IMG/VR virus record: IMGVR_UViG_3300029705_000088
Direction: 5' to 3' (one strand)
Length of the DNA stretch: 23,327 nt
Source: a virus
Shown here: positions 12,732 to 19,421 of the stretch, piece by piece
How positions within the stretch are numbered: the stretch's first letter is position 1
Layout of the letters: every line of letters starts with the position of its first letter
The notes under the pieces: generated by a model
Seen by the model: only the letters and a program-made list of their open reading frames with translations
Database searches by the model: none
Told to the model about the DNA's origin: nothing
Position numbers and translations under genes: made by a program

Positions 12732-13210
12732 CCACTTCTTTTTCGTTATTTTATACAAAAATAATTTGTTTACAAATTATGATAGATTTGTTCACATTTG
12801 CGCCGCCCGATTGCGCTCGCGCAGGGCGGGATTTCCATTTTTTACCATATTTACAAAATTTTGCGGCGATTTCCAGGATTTTCCAGTCCAGCCAGATTTT
12901 CCCATATTCTACACCTGTCAAGCGGTCCGGGCGCGGGCGCTGCGGACCGAGTTCCCGTTCGGACCCCCATATGCGAATTTTTTGCTACTTCTAGCGACCC
13001 TCAGCCTATATGCGCATTTTCCTATAATTCTAGTACCCCAGCCAGCCGACCGGAATTGTAAAATTTTTGTAAAAATTTTTGTAAAATTTTTATGAACGCG
13101 CGATTTCTCCAGAGATACGCCAGTGCTTATCTATTGAGAGCTACGGCTTAAATAAAGACCCTCTCCCTCACATTTACTCAAAAATTTTTTTGCGTGGCTT
13201 AAAATGCCGA
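12732..13210. repeat. About 480-bp non-coding island with a GC-rich core (12800-13060), several repeat families, and the boundary between the two promoter classes
   Basis: Tandem repeats of about 42 bp lie at 12965-13006 and 13007-13048. A triple tgtaaaattttt repeat lies at 13056-13095. Hairpins include cggtccg..cggaccg, and atttcc(a)g direct repeats are present. Confidence 0.7.
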
Positions 13211-13213
13211 AAT

Positions 13214-13242
13214 TTGACTTTTTTAAAAATTTATGATATAAT
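13214..13242 (+). promoter_or_regulatory. Sigma70-type promoter, class B (ttgactttttt aaaaatt tatgatataat)
   Basis: ttgact at 13214-13219 and tataat at 13237-13242. The promoter plus leader is about 60 bp and nearly identical to 16085-16145. Confidence 0.8.
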
Positions 13243-13274
13243 ATATATACAAAATAAAAAAAGGAGATAAAATT

Positions 13275-13721
13275 ATGAATTACAATTCTAATGACATTCT
13301 TAAGATGATTCAGGAGGGCAAATCTGTAGATGATATTGCCAAGGAATTCACCGCCGCACTGAACGAGGCAAAAAAGATTGACGAAGCCAAGAGAGCAGAG
13401 GCTAAGGAAGAAGAGGCTAGAAAGAAGGTCCAGGAGAGGGCAGATAAGATTGCGGACATGGGCAAGATGAAGGATGCTATCGCAGCCTACATTAAGCGCT
13501 GGTACCCCAACCTTGCCGCCCAGTATAAGGATATTGATATCACCGCAGAAGACCTTGTTGATTTGGTTGATGAAACTGTTGCGGAAATGCGCGAAGCATT
13601 CTCTATGTTTGGTAATTTTGCTCATATGCTGAAGCCTGGCAATGCTACCCTCTCAATTAAGACTGATAAGTCTAATTTGGATAATGTTTTTGATACTTTC
13701 TTTAAGAACAATGGTATTTAA
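13275..13721 (+). CDS. Hypothetical protein (148 aa) with high-expression-like codon usage
   Basis: Strong RBS aaaggagataaaattATG. C/G-ending codons are enriched relative to the neighbouring genes. Confidence 0.85.
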   Translation: MNYNSNDILKMIQEGKSVDDIAKEFTAALNEAKKIDEAKRAEAKEEEARKKVQERADKIADMGKMKDAIAAYIKRWYPNLAAQYKDIDITAEDLVDLVDETVAEMREAFSMFGNFAHMLKPGNATLSIKTDKSNLDNVFDTFFKNNGI

Positions 13722-13727
13722 TATTTT

Positions 13728-13754
13728 AAGCCACGATTTTCGTGGCTTTTTTAT
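13728..13754 (+). terminator. Intrinsic terminator (aagccacg atttt cgtggctttttt)
   Basis: 8-bp stem followed by a T-run. Confidence 0.8.
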
Positions 13755-13832
13755 TTGATGTGAAAAGATGTTCGTAAAAATGTTTTGAGAGGGCTACAGA
13801 TTGCGAAAATTGGCAAATTGAACTATAAAATG

Positions 13833-13876
13833 AGAAAAAGAGAGACACAAGAAAATGTCTCTCTTTATTTTTTATT
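13833..13876. terminator. Bidirectional intrinsic terminator (agagagaca caagaaaa tgtctctct), flanked by an A-run and a T-run, between convergent transcription units
   Basis: 9-bp stem with aaaaag on the 5' side and ttatttttt on the 3' side. Confidence 0.7.
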
Positions 13877-14098
13877 AAGAAAGGATGAGGGATGACGATG
13901 ACGAGGGAAAAGTGATGAGTGTCTAGTGGAGCCGAACGGCACGACACCTCTCCAATTTTCGCAATTTTTATTACTTATTACTTTATTTACTTATTATTAT
14001 CTATATAATTATTATCTATTATCTATACAGTTGTTATCCATTATCAACCTATTACTTACTACCTACTACCTATTATCTATATTGTTACCTACCTACTA

Positions 14099-14299
14099 TC
14101 ACAACACCCAAATAACTCCCTGCCGCAACAACTTCCTTCTCTCCTTGCCAATCTCCTTAAACCTCTTCCTCTCCTCCGCCTCAAACCCTCTCAACAACCA
14201 ACATCCAAGAGCAGAAGAAAAAGAAACTCTTTTCAACACATACCTAACAACTGCGCCTAGCACCAAGCCAACTACTACACCTGCCGCGACCCCTATCAT
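14099..14299 (-). CDS. Small membrane protein (66 aa), the last gene of the minus-strand operon
   Basis: Its start overlaps the upstream stop as ATGA. It has an N-terminal hydrophobic helix and a basic C-terminus. Confidence 0.6.
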   Translation of the reverse strand: MIGVAAGVVVGLVLGAVVRYVLKRVSFSSALGCWLLRGFEAEERKRFKEIGKERRKLLRQGVIWVL

Positions 14300-14607
14300 A
14301 ACTTAACCTCTTTCAATTCCGCAAAAAACTTATCAACTACCGTACTATATTGACTAAAATAATTATCTTTTTCCTTTTCTTTCTCTTTCTTTAACTTTTC
14401 ATATACCCAACATTTATTGCTCCCAAACTCTTTAACTTTCATATCTAATCCTACTCTACCAACAACTTTACCTTTAAAAACTAACCACCTATCATCATCT
14501 TCAATAATAAAATAATTCTCTTTATCCTTATTCTTCTCATTCAAAAAATAATTATCTCTATCAATTAAATAAACATTTTTATAACCATACGTACCACAAT
14601 GCCTCAT
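14296..14607 (-). CDS. Hypothetical protein (103 aa)
   Basis: RBS aaaggtg precedes the ATG. The stop is TGA. Confidence 0.65.
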   Translation of the reverse strand: MRHCGTYGYKNVYLIDRDNYFLNEKNKDKENYFIIEDDDRWLVFKGKVVGRVGLDMKVKEFGSNKCWVYEKLKKEKEKEKDNYFSQYSTVVDKFFAELKEVKL

Positions 14608-14648
14608 GAGTTTTCAATTCACCTTTCTGAAAGGGTCCCTTTTTCATT

Positions 14649-14930
14649 TCATTTTTCAAATACATTCTATAAAATAGAATCCGCATCATCAAAATTAAAA
14701 TTCATACCCTATAAAAAAGGATTATCCTCTCTTTCATTTTTATTTTCAAATATATTATAGCATATTTTTTTATCTTTATCAACTCTTCTTTTATTTTCTA
14801 AAACAAAGAAAATTTTTCCAGTTGTTTCATCTATATACAATTCTTTTACTTTTCTATGAGGCTGCTTCGCAACCTCTGATAAACCTGAATGATAATCATT
14901 TTCACTTAATTTTACAAAACCGACTTCCAT
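14649..14930 (-). CDS. Hypothetical protein (93 aa) containing two in-frame TAG codons, consistent with amber being read as sense
   Basis: Strong RBS aaaaaggagaattcaaaATG. The frame is open from 14930 to TGA at 14649-14651, apart from TAG at 14709-14711 and 14667-14669. The track truncates this ORF at the first TAG. Confidence 0.55.
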
Positions 14931-14995
14931 TTTGAATTCTCCTTTTTCACTTCAGTTTTCCGCCCCTATCAACAGAAAAAAATTTTCTATAAGAA

Positions 14996-15033
14996 ATTTA
15001 TGTTCCAAGCGATAGCTGGAACATAAATTTCGC
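14996..15033. promoter_or_regulatory. Perfect palindrome (aaatttatgttcca agcgatagct tggaacataaattt) upstream of the minus-strand gene, a candidate operator
   Basis: 14-bp exact inverted arms. Confidence 0.5.
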
Positions 15034-15059
15034 TTTGTTAATTATTTAGTTTTTAGTAT

Positions 15060-15145
15060 TATTTAGATATAATATGAAAAATTACCCTTTTTTCCTTTTT
15101 ACTAACTATTAAAAATTGCCCTCACTAACTATTAAAAATTACCCT
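15060..15145. repeat. Three copies of the 24-bp motif (plus form ACTAACTATtAAAAATTrCCCTtt; minus form AAAGGGTAATTTTTAATAGTTAGT)
   Basis: Copies lie at about 15064-15084, 15091-15113 and 15124-15145. Confidence 0.75.
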
Positions 15146-15146
15146 T

Positions 15147-15830
15147 TTATTTCTTTTTACTATTATATACTAAAGATACATTTAATAATTTTTTCTTTGG
15201 TACTTTATTAATATAAATGGTTTCATAGTCAATTAATTTTGAATTATATAATAATTCTAAAGCGTGATTAATTATATCATAAGCTCTCTAATTATTTTTT
15301 ATATATATACCTATATGTTCTGCTATTTCATTCAAAGTAAAAATATAATTTTCCTACTATTTTAATCTTTTATTCTAATCTTCTTTATATTTATATTTCT
15401 AAACTAAATAAATATAAATTTTAATAATATGTTCCCGACAGTTATCCTATAAATATTCTAAAGTTGCTAAAGGAATATCTAAATAAATATTTTCTTTTAC
15501 TGGCAAATAATAATCTCCATTCTCTTTTTCCACTAAATACCCCTAATCTTTTAATGACTTCAAATGCGCTCTTAATGTTTTTGGACTTTTAATTTTTAAT
15601 TTTTCACACATATCTATTTGTTTTGGAATAATTGATTTCTTTACTACTGTTTCATATACTTCATAAGCCACACCCTTATCATCTTTTTTACAAACTTTTT
15701 CTGCTATTGAAATAGACTATAACAATCCATACAATTCACCATCTAATGTATTTGTATTTAAAAAAGTTTCATAATCTAATGTAGTATCCGCAGGAAACCT
15801 TTTTTCAATCTAATCTTTTGATTTTACCAC
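15147..15830 (-). CDS. Double winged-helix DNA-binding protein, RepA/replication-initiator-like (about 227 aa); the frame contains 8 in-frame TAG codons and no TAA or TGA
   Basis: RBS GGAGG, 7 nt, then GTG at 15830. The frame stays open to TAA at 15147-15149 apart from 8 TAGs. The translation carries two clean winged-helix motifs, MCEKLKIKSPKTLRAHLKSLKD*GYLVEKENGDYYLPV and FTLNEIAEHIGIYIKNN*RAYDIINHALELLYNSKLI. No ORF of at least 60 aa is called here in any frame. Confidence 0.6.
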
Positions 15831-15849
15831 AAGGAAACCTCCAATCTAA

Positions 15850-16065
15850 ATTTTACTAACTATGAAAAATTACCTTTCTAGTCGCACAATTATTTCAATT
15901 TCATTTATTTATATTTTACCTTTTTTGTCCAATATTTTTAGGTAATTTTACCTTTTTTAAAAGTAATATTCTAATAATATTTCTATTAAAAAATTAATAA
16001 AAATATTACTTACTAACTATGAAAAATTACCTAAAATTTTACTAACTATTAAATTTTACCCTTTT
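15850..16065. repeat. At least four further copies of the 24-bp motif family, between the divergent minus-strand operon and the plus-strand promoter
   Basis: ttttactaactatgaaaaattacctttc at 15851-15878, weaker copies at 15905-15960, then copies at 16007-16030 and 16035-16062. Confidence 0.75.
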
Positions 16066-16084
16066 CTAATTAACAATAACTCTA

Positions 16085-16113
16085 TTGACATTTATAAAAA
16101 AATATGATATAAT
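16085..16113 (+). promoter_or_regulatory. Sigma70-type promoter, class B
   Basis: ttgaca at 16085-16090 and tataat at 16108-16113. Near-identical to the 13214 promoter and leader. Confidence 0.8.
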
Positions 16114-16145
16114 ATATATACAAAATAAAAAAAGGAGATAAAATA

Positions 16146-16358
16146 ATGAAAATTACTTATAGTCAAAAATATTTCGTCATGTCTTTTAATGAACTTAACC
16201 CCGGAGATGCTTTCCTCTATCATGGTAATCTTTATCTAAAATTATATAAGTTAGGCTCAAATTCGGGCGACGCAGTTTCTCTTGAGAGTGGCCATACATT
16301 ATGGATTAATACTTATGAAGCAGTAGAAAAAGTAGATGTGGAGGTAGTAGTTAAATAA
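16146..16358 (+). CDS. Hypothetical small protein (70 aa)
   Basis: RBS aaaggagataaaataATG. It is a paralogue of the next gene. Confidence 0.75.
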   Translation: MKITYSQKYFVMSFNELNPGDAFLYHGNLYLKLYKLGSNSGDAVSLESGHTLWINTYEAVEKVDVEVVVK

Positions 16359-16561
16359 TGAATATTGTTTATAATAATACAAAACCTATGACGACTGTAT
16401 ATAGAGTTCGTTGCGGAAGTGTTTTTAGATGCGGCGATGAATGTTTTATGAAAATTAATTGTGAAGAACCCAATGCTGTAAATATTAAAACCGGCGAATT
16501 AAGACATTTTCAAACTGGAGAAATTGTAGAATCTGTAATAGCTAAAGTTGTAATTGAATAA
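16358..16561 (+). CDS. Hypothetical small protein (67 aa), a paralogue of 16146..16358
   Basis: TAATG start/stop overlap. The shared pattern is G.aF..g..y.K......NaV.l.sG....I.t.E.Ve.V. Confidence 0.7.
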   Translation: MNIVYNNTKPMTTVYRVRCGSVFRCGDECFMKINCEEPNAVNIKTGELRHFQTGEIVESVIAKVVIE

Positions 16562-16573
16562 AAGTATCGTAAT

Positions 16574-17041
16574 ATGAAAGAAATTAAATATTGTAAAACT
16601 TGCGGTTTCCGAGACCCCTAGCAACCTGTATGTCAGTTGCTCGGGCATTAGATAAACCCAGAAATTGATTATTGTTCTCGGCATAATGCCGAACCTTTCA
16701 CCTGCGCGCAATGTCACCGCATTTTAACTTTACCAATTTTCCTAACTCCTGGAGGCGCAATCTGTGATGAATGCCGACTAGCCTTATCTACTTGCGCTGG
16801 TTGCCGCAATTCTTCAACTTGTCTTTTTGAAAGCGACCCATCTCCAGTGCTGAAAGTAATTCAACAACAAATCCGTCAGGGAAACATGGTAATTCAACAA
16901 CAAGTAAAAAACCCGTTGCGCATCCAAATTACCTGTGAAAAAGGTTGTCCTTGTTACGATAAAGAAAATGGTTGCCGTAGACAATTAAATTCATGTGAGA
17001 ACCACAAATCTATTATCCAGGAGGAAGAAACTAATGATTGA
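16574..17041 (+). CDS. Cys-rich protein (155 aa) with two in-frame TAG codons, missing from the ORF track as a full-length ORF
   Basis: The frame is open from ATG 16574 to TGA 17039-17041 apart from TAG at 16619-16621 and 16649-16651. It contains CxxC-type pairs throughout, and the track ORF 16847..17041 is its 3' end. Confidence 0.55.
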
Positions 17042-17375
17042 CCCCAATCGTGTCTTAGACTTCATTGACCATTTCACATAGGCTGGCGACCGCAAACAAG
17101 TAATTGAATGCTTCACTTGCGGCAATTGCTTCTGGTTCGCTTATATTCTCCATGGACGTTTCTCTGCCGAACCAAATGTCCAATGTGAAATTATGTATGA
17201 CGAAGTAGAAAATCATTTCGCCACAAAAATTGATAATGAAATTTATGATATTACCGGCATCGTAACCAATCAATACGATTGGATTGCGTGGTCTGACTTA
17301 TGGAAGAAAGACCCTTCTTTAAGCAAACGTATTATTCGTGATTGTGTAAAACAGGAGATAATAGAAAATGAATAA
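17034..17375 (+). CDS. Hypothetical protein (113 aa) with one in-frame TAG (17079-17081)
   Basis: Strong RBS caggaggaagaaactaATG at 17034. The ATG overlaps the upstream stop. The frame is otherwise open to TAA at 17375, and the track shows only the distal 60 aa. Confidence 0.65.
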
Positions 17376-17613
17376 TTTTTTTAAACTTGTAATTTCTGAC
17401 CGCGTAGATTATATTAATCTTAATTTTGTAGAACAAGTTAATATCAGTAATGCTTGTGATAGTAAGAAAAGACCTACAGTAACATTCTATTATAGGAGTG
17501 GAAAAACTTCAGAATATAATATGGGCAAAGAAGATTTACAAAAATTAATTCAAATCTTAGAGGAAAAAGATATTTATATTGAACCAATAGTAGCGAGGAA
17601 ATTAAATGAGTAA
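17368..17613 (+). CDS. Hypothetical protein (81 aa)
   Basis: Its ATG overlaps the upstream stop. The stop is TAA. Confidence 0.7.
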   Translation: MNNFFKLVISDRVDYINLNFVEQVNISNACDSKKRPTVTFYYRSGKTSEYNMGKEDLQKLIQILEEKDIYIEPIVARKLNE

Positions 17614-17881
17614 ATTTAACATCTATTATGCGGGAACTCATTAGGCAGAATTCCAAGAGGAATTGGAATTTGAGACACCGGCCGCCGCACTTGATTACGC
17701 GGAGAAACGAGCCATTGAGGATTATGAAAGTAATTGCGGCGGCAACGGTTATCTATCTTGGGAAGAGTGTCGTGAGGAATTAATTCATTCAGGCGAAGAA
17801 GAAATAACTGATGAGGATGTGGATAATTATTACAGAGAAGTAATATACTCCACAATACAATACCATGTAGAAAAAATATAA
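17606..17881 (+). CDS. Hypothetical acidic protein (91 aa) with one in-frame TAG (17642-17644)
   Basis: RBS gaggaaattaaATG at 17606 overlaps the upstream TAA (ATGAGTAA). The frame is open to TAA at 17881, and the track begins the ORF at TTG 17663. Confidence 0.6.
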
Positions 17882-17961
17882 TCATAAAAATTCCTTTCTA
17901 ATTTAAGTAATATAATTATAACATAAAATTTATTTAAAATCAATTAAAGGAGATAATATAA

Positions 17962-18345
17962 ATGACTTTTTGGTTTCTTTTTGGTTTTATTGGACTTATA
18001 ATTGGCATTTTTTTACTTGTAATCAGCTTTAAAAATGATTTTAAAGGGGAATATATTGTCATGATAGTTGGTCTTATTTTAACTGCGGCAGGTGTAATTG
18101 CGCTTGTTAGTGTGGCAGATACCAGTATTGATTATAATCTATTTGAAACCAGTTTTGAATTACAGCAAGAAGTATATCATAATATTCAGGAAAATGATAA
18201 CTGGTACCCCGACATTTACAATGTCGCAGATGTAATATCCGCAAATAAAAAACTGTGTGATTATCAGGCTAGACGCAAAATGTATGGTTTCTTTTCTATT
18301 ATCCCCGAACGTGTTCTTGATATTAAGCCTATTGGACTTGATTAA
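17962..18345 (+). CDS. Membrane protein (127 aa, two TM helices)
   Basis: RBS aaaggagataatataaATG. The N-terminus is hydrophobic. Confidence 0.8.
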   Translation: MTFWFLFGFIGLIIGIFLLVISFKNDFKGEYIVMIVGLILTAAGVIALVSVADTSIDYNLFETSFELQQEVYHNIQENDNWYPDIYNVADVISANKKLCDYQARRKMYGFFSIIPERVLDIKPIGLD

Positions 18346-18362
18346 TTTGCGGAGGCATAACT

Positions 18363-18425
18363 ATGTCTGTTGTGGCGGCTATCCTTATAGCATTCATGTT
18401 CTTTGACGTATGGACCGATATCTAA
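18363..18425 (+). CDS. Possible 20-aa hydrophobic micropeptide (MSVVAAILIAFMFFDVWTDI)
   Basis: Strong RBS ggaggcataactATG. A terminator follows. Confidence 0.35.
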   Translation: MSVVAAILIAFMFFDVWTDI

Positions 18426-18430
18426 ATATT

Positions 18431-18466
18431 AATCCCTCATACAAGAAAGTATGAGGGATTTTTGAT
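18431..18466 (+). terminator. Intrinsic terminator (aatccctcatac aagaaa gtatgagggatt plus a T-run)
   Basis: 12-bp stem. Confidence 0.8.
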
Positions 18467-18490
18467 TTTTATAAAAAAATATGATATAAT
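18462..18490 (+). promoter_or_regulatory. Sigma70-type promoter, class B (ttgatt ... tatgatataat)
   Basis: ttgatt at 18462-18467 and tataat at 18485-18490. Confidence 0.75.
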
Positions 18491-18515
18491 ATTTATAGAA
18501 AAATAAAGAAAGGAA

Positions 18516-18788
18516 ATGATAAAAATGCGTAAATGGCATATTTATACAAGTAATTTCCACCTTTTACGATGGGGTGATTCCATTCTTGAATTTGATGACT
18601 ATGAGTCTGCTGTAGCGTTCGTAAAATCAATTATCCATTCGTCATTTATGGGCGAAGAAGAGTGCGCGCATATGTCTATTGCTAAAGATATTGTATATCT
18701 CAAAGCTGGTGATAACTGTATCAATGCTACTGGACTTGTAATTGCTTACGATGTAGAATATGATATTGTGCGGCTTGTGCGCGCCTAA
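18516..18788 (+). CDS. Hypothetical protein (90 aa); the start may be 18525
   Basis: RBS aaagaaaggaa. Confidence 0.75.
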   Translation: MIKMRKWHIYTSNFHLLRWGDSILEFDDYESAVAFVKSIIHSSFMGEEECAHMSIAKDIVYLKAGDNCINATGLVIAYDVEYDIVRLVRA

Positions 18789-18799
18789 AGGAAAATAAT

Positions 18800-19114
18800 A
18801 TGAATACTTATGATGTAGACGCAAGAATCGGATATGGATATATTTTTACTGCTGAAGATATAGAATCATTAAGCCTTGAAACACAACGAGAAATGCGTGC
18901 GTGTAAAAGATTTTGTTATGAAATGTATGATGGTACTGTATTCTTCGGCATTTTACTTGAATGTAGCTATAAATATGATATAATTTCTTGGAGCAATTAT
19001 ACCAATTTATCTACAGAAGATGAAAAAGATTTAAAAGAAGATTTTTATAGAATTTTTAAAGGAAATGTTGAATTTAATTTCTATTTAATGAGATTTAAAT
19101 TTACTGATTATTAA
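18800..19114 (+). CDS. Hypothetical protein (104 aa)
   Basis: RBS aaaggaaaataatATG. Confidence 0.8.
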   Translation: MNTYDVDARIGYGYIFTAEDIESLSLETQREMRACKRFCYEMYDGTVFFGILLECSYKYDIISWSNYTNLSTEDEKDLKEDFYRIFKGNVEFNFYLMRFKFTDY

Positions 19115-19127
19115 AAAGGAGAATAAT

Positions 19128-19421
19128 ATGAATACTATTAACCTTAATAATATCGCTGAATATAAGTCTGAAGACTTAAAGGTTATGATTGATGCTCTTC
19201 AGAATGAATTAGAATCTCGTGAAGATGCACGCAAAGAACAGCTTTATTATGAAATTCATTGCGCAGTATCTACACTTTTTAATGAATTTCCTGATACTAA
19301 ATTCTATGTTAATGGATACAATCATGATTATGGCGTTCATTTAACTGTTTGTCTGAATAATCTTAATTTCACCAGCATTACCGATAAAGTAGAAGAAGCA
19401 AAGGGAGATGATATCTTTTAA
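19128..19421 (+). CDS. Hypothetical protein (97 aa)
   Basis: RBS aaaaaggagaataatATG. Confidence 0.8.
   Translation: MNTINLNNIAEYKSEDLKVMIDALQNELESREDARKEQLYYEIHCAVSTLFNEFPDTKFYVNGYNHDYGVHLTVCLNNLNFTSITDKVEEAKGDDIF

Noticed and set aside
12732-13060. tmRNA or tRNA hidden in the GC-rich island
   Set aside because: There is no GGTTCGAnTCC-like T-loop with flanking complementary stems and no CCA-adjacent acceptor pairing. The candidate loop ttcccgt violates T-loop consensus positions 57 and 58.
12688-13095. Three overlapping plus-strand ORFs (12688..13095, 12728..12994, 12798..13061) in the GC-rich island
   Set aside because: They are mutually overlapping in all three frames, Arg/Pro-rich because of the GC content, without RBSs, and full of DNA-level repeats. 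This is characteristic of non-coding GC-rich DNA.
13926-14306. Plus-strand 126-aa ORF across the pyrimidine tract
   Set aside because: The product is low-complexity (L/Y/T/I strings). The region lies opposite real minus-strand genes, and it has no RBS.
14996-15033. A sigma70 promoter for the minus-strand operon near the palindrome
   Set aside because: The best -35 and -10 candidates (ttggaa and tataga) are separated by only about 11 bp. No convincing host-type promoter precedes any of the minus-strand genes, which is why the 24-bp repeats are raised as an alternative.
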